From Carpediemonas membranifera BICM (lineage: Eukaryota > Protista > Fornicata), in assembly GCA_019828565.1 (NCBI GenBank), contig JAHDYR010000025.1, forward strand, positions 806,001-870,000: DNA of 64,000 nt. Reading direction: 5' to 3'. Under the pieces are notes generated by a model. The model saw nothing but the letters and a program-made list of their open reading frames with translations, made no database searches and was not told the origin of the DNA. Shown here in pieces: positions 22,601 through 30,874 of this stretch. Each line of letters starts with the position of its first letter. Position 1 is the stretch's first letter. The position numbers and the translations under genes are program-made.

Positions 22601-25600
22601 GCTCCAGTTTGGCCAGCTCCCGACGTTGGTCAGGGAGCTCTGCGCCCTCGCGTCTCCCGAGTCACCCACCGTCTCCGAGATCAGGGCCAGAAGACGGGCT
22701 TACACATGGCTAATCAAGCCAGTAGTACGCATCCGGCTGTGCGAGTTCGTGCCGGGCTTTTCCATTGGCTCCAAGCTTCGTGCGATGGCCCCTGACACCC
22801 TCGACGCCGCCCTACACCTGGCGAACTCCCACCTGTGTCAGATGCCGCCCCTGACCTCTGTGATCTTCACCCATCAGGTTCCCGAGGCGGCCTTGACTCT
22901 TCTTGGAGTCGACCCGCTGGTTGACCCAACCCCAGAGACGATGCTCGCCGCCCTCACAGCAGGTCACCCGCTAGTGGCTGTATACTCGCCAGGCACCTGC
23001 CCCAGTGATGTGATGTGCCACGCCTACCACGCTATGGAAGTCCCGCGGGCTATAGACCACACAACCGAGTCAACCCTCGAGGCGGCCTCCTCGACAAGGG
23101 CTATAGCCTTGCCCACGGTGCTGCTGCCGGACGACCGGGCCGACATGGGCGTGACGCCGTACTATACACCGGAGTCGCCTTATATTGCCCGGGCCATGAT
23201 CATTGGACCATGCACAAAACTGCACGGTTTATTACTGCAGAAGGCGACTGTACTTGACCTAACAGCGCCAGAGAGGGCCATCCAGGTGGTCTCCCGCATG
23301 TTCGGTGCCGACCAGCTGGACGAGACGTCCAAGCCTGACGCAGCCCTCGCCAAGGTCCTCGCGCACGCCGATCTCTTCCTTCTGGCGCTGAACAAGAGCC
23401 AGGAATACGTGCTGTCGATCGATGTCATACGCATGGTTGTCTACGCCACGTCCGATGTCGCAGGTGCGCTCGGTCTCGACGCCACGATTCTCATAGACCT
23501 ATGCATGGACGCCGTCAGCCAGTGCACCTCCCAGCCTGAGATGAAGGCCGTACTGGCGTATACCTTGGCGACTCTCATCAGCGGCAGGCACGCGGACGCT
23601 GTTCTCGCGATGGAGTGCATCGAGACAGCCGTTGGGGTGCAGGTTCCGGACTATGCCGCGGCTACTGCGGAGGTTGTGGAGGGCGCTAAGACCCCTGGAG
23701 GCGGTGTGATTCATCCAGCAGTCGTGGAAATTATGCGGAAGGCGGCCGCGGATAACGCAGCGGACGCCACGCTCAGGCAATGGTTGCTCGTCGCGTGCAA
23801 GGCAAAGCAAGTGACTCTGGTAGCCTCAAGAGACGCCACAAGTTGCATCCAGAAGCACCTGGACGCAATAGGCATCACCAAGACTCCCGTGGCCGTTGGA
23901 ATGAACTCACCAGCACCCCCAGACGCTGCCGTCGTCATCCGTATCGCTGCGGTCATACCCAAGCTGCCCCCCGCCTTCCCCGGCTGCATCCTCTCTGACT
24001 CTGCTCCCGACTCTGCCACACTTCCTCTCGACTCGGCACATCCCGCGGCCAGACACGCCAAGGGCGTCGAGCTCGCCATCAGCCGGTCTATGGACGCCAA
24101 GGCTGCGGCCAACTGCCTGCTCCACTGGGCTACGGCTCACGGTATGGTTACACCGGCGGATCTCACAGCATTTATTACCACACATGATCTCGAGGTCGGC
24201 CTCAGTGCGGCAGGGGCCCCGTTCCTCCCGATACACGCTGACCCCACCCTGCAGAGGGCGCCCTTCATGCTCGGGGCCGCAGACGTTGACGAGGTCGGTC
24301 TTGTGCCCGTTACTAAACCCGTCCTGGGAATGCCCCCGCCGATCGTGCCCGCCCTCGCCGTGCCCGTGCTGCGGGCACTCCACGCATACCTGCTCGAGGG
24401 CAGGGACGACGTCTCACTTCTAGTCGCGGACGGGGTCTCTCCAGCATTCATCCGACTCGTACTGAGTCTCACTGGAGTCATATCTGACTCTGGAACCGCA
24501 GTTTATGCTGCTAATACTGTCAGCAGGATCAAGATTGTGACTTGTGACTCGACTGACTCCGTTGAACGGATCAAAATGGCCCTTGAGTCCGTGCCTTCCA
24601 ATGAAGGTCCAGAGGCGCCTCATCTTTTTGTCGTGATATTCATGGGATCTGATTCGAATCTCGCGCAGACATGTCACGATCTTTCCGTATCTCTAGATTC
24701 AGTCAAGTATGGCCGCCGTGACCGTCTTCTTGTCATCTCCTCAGTCACGCAGGGTTCCAGGTTCGTCCCCTTCACCCTCCCCGGCGATGTCGAGGACGGG
24801 GCCCCCTACACCGTCGATGGCCGCCTCGAGCGGACGACCCCCACCGTGGCCCTCTTCGCCGCTATGGTTGCCACCCGCCCCGACTTCGAGAAGGTGTTGG
24901 CCCAAGCCCAGCCCGTTGCTCACGGCAAGCACGCCCCACCCCCGCCGACTGAGTTCTCATATGAGGACGCGCTTTTGTTCTCAGGCAGTCTGTTTGACAA
25001 GATTACCGGCAATTCGACCCTGCCCGCAGTCAGCCAGCTATCGCCCAGAGCACCGGCCCGCATGCGGCGGGATGAGTCAGATAAGCTGCTGGCTCGGACA
25101 CAGAGTCAAGTCTCGGTCGATGCCCAGCTCCGGCACTTTGTCACGTACGCATACACCTTTGGTCTGGCTGAACCCGACACACCATACCCAGTGATATGCG
25201 CCAACGCAGCCGCGGCGACCGTGCCCTCTTCGCAGCTGGACCACATTCTCGCTGTCTTGGACGCCGACCCCGTCCCCGTCACCCCACGCGGCGGCAACCT
25301 TTGGCCGTCAATCTCATTCGACCGGCTCATGTCCAAGATGCGCGCCCGCATTGCCCTCTGGGAGCCATTTACAGTCACCGGACCACCCCGCTCGGGTCGA
25401 CACACGCTGCTCAGTCAGGTAGCTGTGGAATTCGACCTCGACATCGTCGCCCCCACTTCCATTGGCCACTTTGCCGAAACGGTGAGGGAAGCCGTCCTAT
25501 CTGACACCCGAGTCCTCGTCGTGGTCGATACCCCCAGCCCCAACCCCACCCTCCTCACAGGCTTTGGACTATGCGGTATTCTCTCGGCTAACGACTTCGC

Positions 25601-28600
25601 CCTCGTGTCGGAGCACGTCAGCGCCCAAACCACCCATGATGTGGAGGCCGCCCTGCTCAGAGCGGCTCTGGTTGTTACTGTGGGCGTGGCGCCGGGTCTC
25701 GAGTCCAGAACCCTTGCCGTACGGCCGCCCACTACCGAGGAGTTCATCGCTGGTGCCGTCCTCAAGCACAGAATTGACTCCACCGACTCCAGAACCCTGG
25801 TGAGGGTGGCTGATCGCGTGCTCTATCTGAATAAGACCCCGCTCGACGCGGAGATTGTATCAGATCTATGTCATACGTTCCTCAGGCTCCAGGGCGAGCT
25901 GGAGGCCATCGACTTGCACAACAGGGCCGTGGCTGAGCAGACCCTTGCCTCGTTCCAAGCTGCCGAGCTCGCCGCTGAGGGCAAGCTCGACGAGCTCAAC
26001 ACTGCTCGTATACGGACCGACCGGCTTGTCGCGGACCTCCATGCGACTATCGAGCGACTGACGGTGGCCTCTGCAAACGTCGAGGAGCTGAAGGTCTCTC
26101 TCGCAGAAGCCCGGCTGACCGCCCAGCGGCAGGAGACTACACTGCTGATTGCCCAGACGGCGCTGAAGGACCGCTTGGACGCGAGGGCAGGCCCCATGCT
26201 CGCGGCCCGGGAAGCGATCAACTCACTTGACCCAGACGCCCTCGTCGCCATCCGCGGCATGAGGAATCCGCCCAGTCTTGTCAGGAGGGTGGTTGACTGT
26301 CTCATGATACTACTCAGACGGCCACTGAAGCCCGTTGGCACGGTCGACGTCACACTCCGGTGTATCGAAGACGGTATCGACTTTGGTCGCCGAGTTCGCG
26401 AAGGCGACGTTGTAACCGTGATCGAGTCTGCCACCGACGTCTCGCAGCTGACCGATGCCGACTTCGTCCACAGCTTAACCCGCATCAACCCGGACGAGAT
26501 GACGGACGAGGACCACGAGCTGCTCCAACCGTACCTAGAGGCCCGGGACTTCACCTGGACCCATGCCTCACGTTCCTTCCTCTCTCTCGCGTCCGTAGTC
26601 GAGTTCCTGCACGCAATGGCCAAGTATCACGCTGAGACAGTGGAGGCAGCACCTCTGACTGCGGAGTTGGCCCAGTTGACGCGGGAGCACGATGCCGCAG
26701 AGGCTGAGCTCAGTGGGTGTGAGGCTAAGCTTTCTGAGGCCGAGTCCCAGGCAACGGCGCTCCGTGGAGAGCTCAGCAGAGTCGCGGCCGAGAAGGTGGC
26801 CTCGGAAGAAGAGCGAGCCCGACTGACCAAGCTCACCACCTCCGCGGGCCGACTGACCACAGACCTGGCCTCGATCCGTGCCTCATGGGAGCAGACGCTC
26901 AAGGCTGTCCGCGCCACGAGTGACATCAGAGGCACCAGGACGGCTCTTGCTGCTGTCACTGTCAACCTGCCGTCCCAGCTCGTCGCAGTCACGGCGGGCG
27001 AGATCGGGCTGATCCTCGAGGGTCTCTGCGTTCCTCACACAGCCCCGCCATACGCGACAGATGCGGTCAAGGGCAGTTTCGTCGCTAAGTCCGTGCGGGA
27101 ACAACTTGGTCCGTTCTCTGCATTCATCGAGCCTCTGCTCTCGATGCGTCTGCCAATCGCTGACCTCGAGGGGACGAACGGCAGAGACGTAGCCCACTTG
27201 ACCCTCATGAAGCTCGACACGCTGGGAATACCGCCCACAGCCGACGCCCTCATCCCAGCGATGGCCGTGCTTCATGGTACGAAGACCCCCCTGTTGGTTG
27301 ACCCCTGCGCCACTGTCGCCGGGCCGATGATGGGGCTGTTCGGAGCAACCCTGGTGGACGAGGCCGCCTTCCTCGCTGGAGCCGTGCCTGATGGTCCAGT
27401 CGTCGTCCAGATCACAGACGCGGTTCCCGAGGTGGCGTTGGAGGATAGGCAGGTCATTTACCTCGCGGCTGAAGACCCTGTGCCTGTCAACCACGTCCAG
27501 ACCATCCAAGTCGACTACTTCAGGAGCTCACTGCCCACAATTATCACGGATCGGATGCTGTATATCAAATCTCCGGAGATTCATCGTAGATGTCATAAGA
27601 TTCGATGCGATCTCCTTGCTGAACACGCGGCGTCCTCCAGGCTCGACGTTGAGACAATCAAGGTGGTCTGCGAGAACACCAACGGAGCCTTCTCCACCTC
27701 CCAGGCCGCGGTTGACAGTCTCGCCCAGCTCCGCCAGGCCACCTTTGATGTCGAGGGCCGCCTGACCGAACTCAACGCCCAGCTCGCCACGGCGAGCCGC
27801 GAGTCAGCGCATATCGCGTCCATCTCTGCAATGTGCGCGTCGCTAGTCAGCGCCTCGCACGACATAGGCGCGACAGTCTCCCTCGACGACCTCGTTCTTA
27901 TCATGCGTGCGGCCGGATCACCCGTGGTGAATCTGATCCACCTCGTATTCTACCAGCTGGCCCCTGAAGAGCGCTTCGTGTGGTGCGTCATGGCCGGCCT
28001 GTCCCACGCCAAGACGACAGGCGGGATCGGTGAAGACGAGGCCGTCGTCATCGTCGAGGCCATAAGAATCCTTCGCGCCGCTGAGCCGACCAAGCCCTCC
28101 GGCCTCAGCTCCCCACCCTTCCTCTCAGAGCCCGTGCTTCATATTCTCAAGCAGCTCCGCCCCTTCGCCGAGCTCGTTGCCGCAAGCACCGACCAGACCC
28201 TCGGCAAGCTGTGGACGACCTGGTTGTCGAGCCCCACGCCCGAGACGACGCCAATTCCTCCCCCGGGCACCGCCCTGTCGCCCTGGATGCGGATGCTCCT
28301 GATCATCCTCACCCGGCCCGACCGGGCACTACACGCGACACTGGCCATCATCGCGAACCACGGCCCATGCCCGGTCGACCCGATGCTTCTGATGGCAAGC
28401 GGCCAGCCGACCAGCACTGAGAGGATCCCCAACTGCACGGGCTTCGGCAACTGCCTGCAAATCCTCGACCCGCGCTACTCTGCTCTGTTCGTGGTCCCTA
28501 ACGAGCCGCTCGACCCGGAACAGACGTTTGCCCACGCCATAAGCCTCCTCTCCATCTCACACACGGCCCCGCTGCTCCTGTGCCCCTCTGACGTCTACCA

Positions 28601-30311
28601 CGGCCTTCGTATCGGCGTGGACGCTGTGCTCGAGCAGGCCATGGGCGTCGGCCGGTGCATCGTGCTCATCATGACGAGTAAGTGCGTCGACCTCGCCCAG
28701 CGGGGCCTACTGCCGTGGCTGAGCGTGTTGACACCGGATTACGACACGAAGCGCGCCACCACCACGAAGCTTGCAGTCATTGCTGACGAGAGCCTCCTCG
28801 AGCCCGTCACGGCCATCATACGGCGTCGGGTCGAGGTGTATCGGGATCACTGGCCTCGCTGTCCCGCCACGGCGCTGTGCTCGGTTGCTGCAACAACCAA
28901 CCCGACCTCATTCGTGTTCGACGAGACCAACCTCTTTGTGCACGCTCTGTACACGAGAGCGCTGTTCAGCGCGGCGCTGACGCTCACAACCCGTACCTGC
29001 GCATGCTTCACAATCCCGTTCTCGCCGTCTAACCTTGCCCCGCTCGCACGCTGGATGGCGAGCTTCGTCAAGCTCGTTGACGTCCAAAAGCTCGAGGCCG
29101 ACGGCTCTGTCGAGTCTGAAACCTACCGCTACATCATCGCGGACGCCATCAACCGCCTCACCGACGCAGCGGCGTATGGGCCGGCAGTGCAGACGACGCT
29201 CATGCTCATCCTCAACGGCCTCGCCCTTCCCGAGGCGATCGGCGACTCCGTGCGGGAGACGACCATCGGAGCGATTACTCTCCCGCGGACTCTCTCCAGG
29301 TCCTCGTTCGTTTCTGCCGGGTCGAGGGTACCGGTTGACGGCGACCTTGCGTTCCCCGCTAAGCACCCCCTGAACCATGGGTCGCTGATGCTTAGACTCA
29401 CCATCGACGCCCTCGAGGCCGGCCTCGGTCGTCTGTTCGGCATGACGCTCCAGCGCCCCGCCCCTCCAGCTGTCGCCAAGCCCCCGCCCACAGACTCGTT
29501 CCGTGGTCGACTGCTCGACTCCATCAAGGTGCCAGACACTGGCGTCGTGTCTACGGTCGACCCGTTCTCTCTCCCAATGGGGATGCAGAACAGCCAGCTC
29601 GCCGCACAGGCCCAACTCATGCAGCTCCCAGACCCCCATTGGGATGCGGTGTGCGCGCGCCCGATAGCTGGTGTTGAGTTCGTCGCGCAGGCACACGCGA
29701 GGTACGTCCGCGATCTCTTTGCACACGCTGAATCTGACGCAATCCCGCTCGCCCTGCTTGCTGCTGTTCCCAACGGCATGTCCGTCGCACGACTCCTCGC
29801 CGCGCACAGCATTGGCATGCCGTCCCACCGCATAGCAAACGTGCTGGGCATGCCGCAAGCAACGCCGCTCCGGTCTTCCACACCCGTCGCCCTCGTGCCC
29901 ACAGTCGCGTGGGACGTGTTCGGTGCCCCTGCCTCGAGCACCGATGTCGCCCGCGCCTATCTGCTGTGGGGTGGGTCCGAGGCGTCTCCGGCTTCTCTGA
30001 GCGATGCCGAGTGGCACGCGCTCGACGAGAAGATGGGTGGAAGTGCTGCTGACCAGGCGCCCACTGACAAGGCTCGCCGCAGCCGTGTCGAGCGGCTTGC
30101 ATGGCGTGTTGTCCAGCTTGGCCCGACCTACACCGTCCAGCTCGTCGACGAGTCGAGCCTGCACCGTGGCGTCGGCCTGGGCGATTTCCCGGACACGGTG
30201 CCCTCGTCGCGGGTCATTGCATACAATGCTGCCAAGGCTGTCCCGCTGGCCTCCGAGTCCACTCTCGGGATCGTCGATGACGAGGACTCTGCCAGTTTGA
30301 CGGCCTTTTAA
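16674..30311 (+). CDS. Highly divergent axonemal dynein heavy chain (outer-arm gamma / DNAH5-8-like), 4545 aa
   Basis: DHC_N1 motifs ELTYWRVR, KRNPPVVTDAPPLAGRVVWVRKLIDRI and RYNVAMRSLTEYETILHQAW. Linker remnant ENLAHFISRATFAVPQL. Stalk/MTBD AREAINSLDPDALVAIRGMRNPPSLVRRVVDCLMILL...ELLQPYL. AAA5-like TPLLVDP. Length is typical of a DHC. Confidence 0.85.
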   Translation: MPPLATTLPVVVEWLLSNSLNIIHSGDVRQSIRSLFLKDEVSKQIQGFAKSTEPSHVIICFRPSKEHGGDRASCPRPGLIDVYSSSLKTTKAIFFIKRAPQQYLDEEENIQREELFSLDLFSFGEIHGSVLDAYETVLRDVFLPLLTARATEEWGSTRISQRKDFLKLLSTFSDFLVDLRQSTAHGAVLSAPDTVVHMLEDAQRTQQSISDAEVMRHTENLCRRWCDEVEAVLRAQSPSDYGCANTSSPHAELTYWRVRVAHLTALAQQLRKREYRVAGNLIARVKPRSAKRWKNLENNIPSALVAAKENCKSVTSLEHHLLRLSDADMSLEELQAKFSPFFNSLRTLITTTRLLPVARIAALVVTVAEHISNRAVGFIEETLRASDEERVTLAILAKVRPTAEYNLILDDLSRASSTLEMFTRQYRLMQDQLVAHKSRSSMELNNIDAVIQLSRRLEAIVDVILTVRQYVELAPTGKWQLQLAVETVGMSDELLACHMSKFDMVIESFKDSLDDLRSSLVDDLDRRFRALVSTDSLSTDYMASLRLLTELDRTVHTEEIVKDVHGKLVSLATKFGTVIEFTLQCFEQDKRNPPVVTDAPPLAGRVVWVRKLIDRIESLMTIFGRNETLVASPECRRIITRYNVAMRSLTEYETILHQAWFDAASKITRDALETPLLTISEPEDADDASTLRRPRVSVLSVAVPISVMVQIAESNTMKRLGLEVPPTLDSIAQCETRLLILRQTMDETVRAYEESMQGVTPVLFPFVEAVMRPVVDALMPGVTGLVRWASSNTDAFFTRVDAKLEAAAHSIAVVRDIIAEEVRPVLLEAGSTPLDLSVSQDVSKAKIRLDQILDKLETTLMAADADPDTIADLVEVIEYKFASQIRDAMLAAVESFTRSLRSVNVPEPPVADEDAVETDATFHKHTTAISGFTAALTKFKPAGPVACNVGVMLSLDSVHQRPTLEDAASVFVSRLVSRIVELCPHLSMPMVDLLAEEEKPETSWTTMPRETDENSDTASSIYFSDELEDTPPVILRDPELYDALARLWSGLVDYSPDVCRVIDGTRMFNVLKLPPTSEIENVAFVERKISQIVALDTLASEVPVIVQIGPVAVDLGPVMSAFKAERKTMLDILSRQTRDSLLGQLSDLNMQAAHTLDALAVEPDNLETLQTVTTVVNQAMGLATDFKAFSEVASSTLSFLQAVGVPLSPTELGLEQTCADMSSKIAVAYEQCRTSIAKSRTAFQLQLGERVRSTVVDWIQLKNDIDSTGPGPTFARELTKAAGQGGEGLFAEAHPETWAALCAADARCCSFIVGLEARLPIAETLNSSEDGFGLAVTDFTDMDEVLAELKAAKACIDLFFETFKTLNAIYKKPWNTADMSPCSTLKAKAAKLPVRLLRASPIFQSLHAILTRHTDVIAPHIAMMVDAGVTGTHWIALGNTIGVLLPTVDTTTVADVCRIEALPGAEEAILATVQAAETEMTLRTGVRSVAERWDAETLTVSQRDVGGRALLAVDDESLARMLAMMATDITDLANIAVSDSSVLDRALVTDLTHAHTLLSMIQSPHSRFIQQISLYHRISNDLEYLRPISKIDSEILEHPALPWSAFPSTAAKDVLAAYGSIVDLIVSISQLHHRSAPTGLLFALTERWQQLSAQFAEENLAHFISRATFAVPQLAGLSYDAVVELLIQPCTLWPASTVARIIPHATGLTVRDGAIVAVQTDTIPLPLPSPIVVPDNTTAMVWLPLLFDGVRSALQIHRVCAVAAFSQLSVPAEALRYCLSLKLAPAAVLLGLLTVYDNAIPKLVQERADRPLPTPTAIAQSSAVGSPRSSASTLGLGLASMQKKSRRPSVAGERASTRGSVRGSIVAPPPVFEKSPAFAQLLTVAEDCLPYRQLVGIIRSNNREVDRVMFSLINGKLTEQEAIALGAQCIISASAEVLVNGESFTTVGGVQEDIIESVESAVDAIKAKPVPLRSEALQFGQLPTLVRELCALASPESPTVSEIRARRRAYTWLIKPVVRIRLCEFVPGFSIGSKLRAMAPDTLDAALHLANSHLCQMPPLTSVIFTHQVPEAALTLLGVDPLVDPTPETMLAALTAGHPLVAVYSPGTCPSDVMCHAYHAMEVPRAIDHTTESTLEAASSTRAIALPTVLLPDDRADMGVTPYYTPESPYIARAMIIGPCTKLHGLLLQKATVLDLTAPERAIQVVSRMFGADQLDETSKPDAALAKVLAHADLFLLALNKSQEYVLSIDVIRMVVYATSDVAGALGLDATILIDLCMDAVSQCTSQPEMKAVLAYTLATLISGRHADAVLAMECIETAVGVQVPDYAAATAEVVEGAKTPGGGVIHPAVVEIMRKAAADNAADATLRQWLLVACKAKQVTLVASRDATSCIQKHLDAIGITKTPVAVGMNSPAPPDAAVVIRIAAVIPKLPPAFPGCILSDSAPDSATLPLDSAHPAARHAKGVELAISRSMDAKAAANCLLHWATAHGMVTPADLTAFITTHDLEVGLSAAGAPFLPIHADPTLQRAPFMLGAADVDEVGLVPVTKPVLGMPPPIVPALAVPVLRALHAYLLEGRDDVSLLVADGVSPAFIRLVLSLTGVISDSGTAVYAANTVSRIKIVTCDSTDSVERIKMALESVPSNEGPEAPHLFVVIFMGSDSNLAQTCHDLSVSLDSVKYGRRDRLLVISSVTQGSRFVPFTLPGDVEDGAPYTVDGRLERTTPTVALFAAMVATRPDFEKVLAQAQPVAHGKHAPPPPTEFSYEDALLFSGSLFDKITGNSTLPAVSQLSPRAPARMRRDESDKLLARTQSQVSVDAQLRHFVTYAYTFGLAEPDTPYPVICANAAAATVPSSQLDHILAVLDADPVPVTPRGGNLWPSISFDRLMSKMRARIALWEPFTVTGPPRSGRHTLLSQVAVEFDLDIVAPTSIGHFAETVREAVLSDTRVLVVVDTPSPNPTLLTGFGLCGILSANDFALVSEHVSAQTTHDVEAALLRAALVVTVGVAPGLESRTLAVRPPTTEEFIAGAVLKHRIDSTDSRTLVRVADRVLYLNKTPLDAEIVSDLCHTFLRLQGELEAIDLHNRAVAEQTLASFQAAELAAEGKLDELNTARIRTDRLVADLHATIERLTVASANVEELKVSLAEARLTAQRQETTLLIAQTALKDRLDARAGPMLAAREAINSLDPDALVAIRGMRNPPSLVRRVVDCLMILLRRPLKPVGTVDVTLRCIEDGIDFGRRVREGDVVTVIESATDVSQLTDADFVHSLTRINPDEMTDEDHELLQPYLEARDFTWTHASRSFLSLASVVEFLHAMAKYHAETVEAAPLTAELAQLTREHDAAEAELSGCEAKLSEAESQATALRGELSRVAAEKVASEEERARLTKLTTSAGRLTTDLASIRASWEQTLKAVRATSDIRGTRTALAAVTVNLPSQLVAVTAGEIGLILEGLCVPHTAPPYATDAVKGSFVAKSVREQLGPFSAFIEPLLSMRLPIADLEGTNGRDVAHLTLMKLDTLGIPPTADALIPAMAVLHGTKTPLLVDPCATVAGPMMGLFGATLVDEAAFLAGAVPDGPVVVQITDAVPEVALEDRQVIYLAAEDPVPVNHVQTIQVDYFRSSLPTIITDRMLYIKSPEIHRRCHKIRCDLLAEHAASSRLDVETIKVVCENTNGAFSTSQAAVDSLAQLRQATFDVEGRLTELNAQLATASRESAHIASISAMCASLVSASHDIGATVSLDDLVLIMRAAGSPVVNLIHLVFYQLAPEERFVWCVMAGLSHAKTTGGIGEDEAVVIVEAIRILRAAEPTKPSGLSSPPFLSEPVLHILKQLRPFAELVAASTDQTLGKLWTTWLSSPTPETTPIPPPGTALSPWMRMLLIILTRPDRALHATLAIIANHGPCPVDPMLLMASGQPTSTERIPNCTGFGNCLQILDPRYSALFVVPNEPLDPEQTFAHAISLLSISHTAPLLLCPSDVYHGLRIGVDAVLEQAMGVGRCIVLIMTSKCVDLAQRGLLPWLSVLTPDYDTKRATTTKLAVIADESLLEPVTAIIRRRVEVYRDHWPRCPATALCSVAATTNPTSFVFDETNLFVHALYTRALFSAALTLTTRTCACFTIPFSPSNLAPLARWMASFVKLVDVQKLEADGSVESETYRYIIADAINRLTDAAAYGPAVQTTLMLILNGLALPEAIGDSVRETTIGAITLPRTLSRSSFVSAGSRVPVDGDLAFPAKHPLNHGSLMLRLTIDALEAGLGRLFGMTLQRPAPPAVAKPPPTDSFRGRLLDSIKVPDTGVVSTVDPFSLPMGMQNSQLAAQAQLMQLPDPHWDAVCARPIAGVEFVAQAHARYVRDLFAHAESDAIPLALLAAVPNGMSVARLLAAHSIGMPSHRIANVLGMPQATPLRSSTPVALVPTVAWDVFGAPASSTDVARAYLLWGGSEASPASLSDAEWHALDEKMGGSAADQAPTDKARRSRVERLAWRVVQLGPTYTVQLVDESSLHRGVGLGDFPDTVPSSRVIAYNAAKAVPLASESTLGIVDDEDSASLTAF

Positions 30312-30399
30312 CTGTGAAATACTGTCATAAATACTCTTATTCCATGGGGAGTTTGTTTTTAGTGTCGGTAATTGGTGACCACGAGTACGACACGTCTGT

Positions 30400-30670
30400 C
30401 TGAAGGCTCTCATTCAGATGTGCATCTCGGCCGGCTTCCACGGGGTCACGACGGGGACGATCTCCAAGTTCGTTCTGGGCGCCATGCTTTCGACCACCAT
30501 AGGAAACCCCCGTCACCTCGAACCACTGGCCAGTGGGGTCGCGGAGTAACTCGACAATTTTGGTACCAGCTCTGTCAAATCTTATGGTAAATTCCGGCGT
30601 CTCAAACTGCACATAAAACTGATGGATATCGTATAGATGAGTGCAGCCCTCAGTGCCCCAAATAAGCTTG
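30400..30670 (-). pseudogene. Decayed 3' remnant of the RCC1-like family
   Basis: LIWGTEGCTHLYD...LRDPTGQWFEV matches family tails. The 3' flank TCTGAATGAG(AG)CCTTCA matches that of copy 6 at about 42342. Confidence 0.7.
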
Positions 30671-30874
30671 CTAAACATGTTGGATCACGCCAAGTCGAGG
30701 CAGAGATTTCACGATGTGTCCTGGGCATTAAGGCAGACCGGGTGACAGCAGATGAGTCACCTCGAGTTCAAAGGGAAGCCACATTCAAAGAGACAGAGGG
30801 CCTTGAACGAAGAGGTTGACTGGGCTGACGATGCTAATTGGTCGGTCGACTTTAGTTAGCACAAGATTTAGTTG

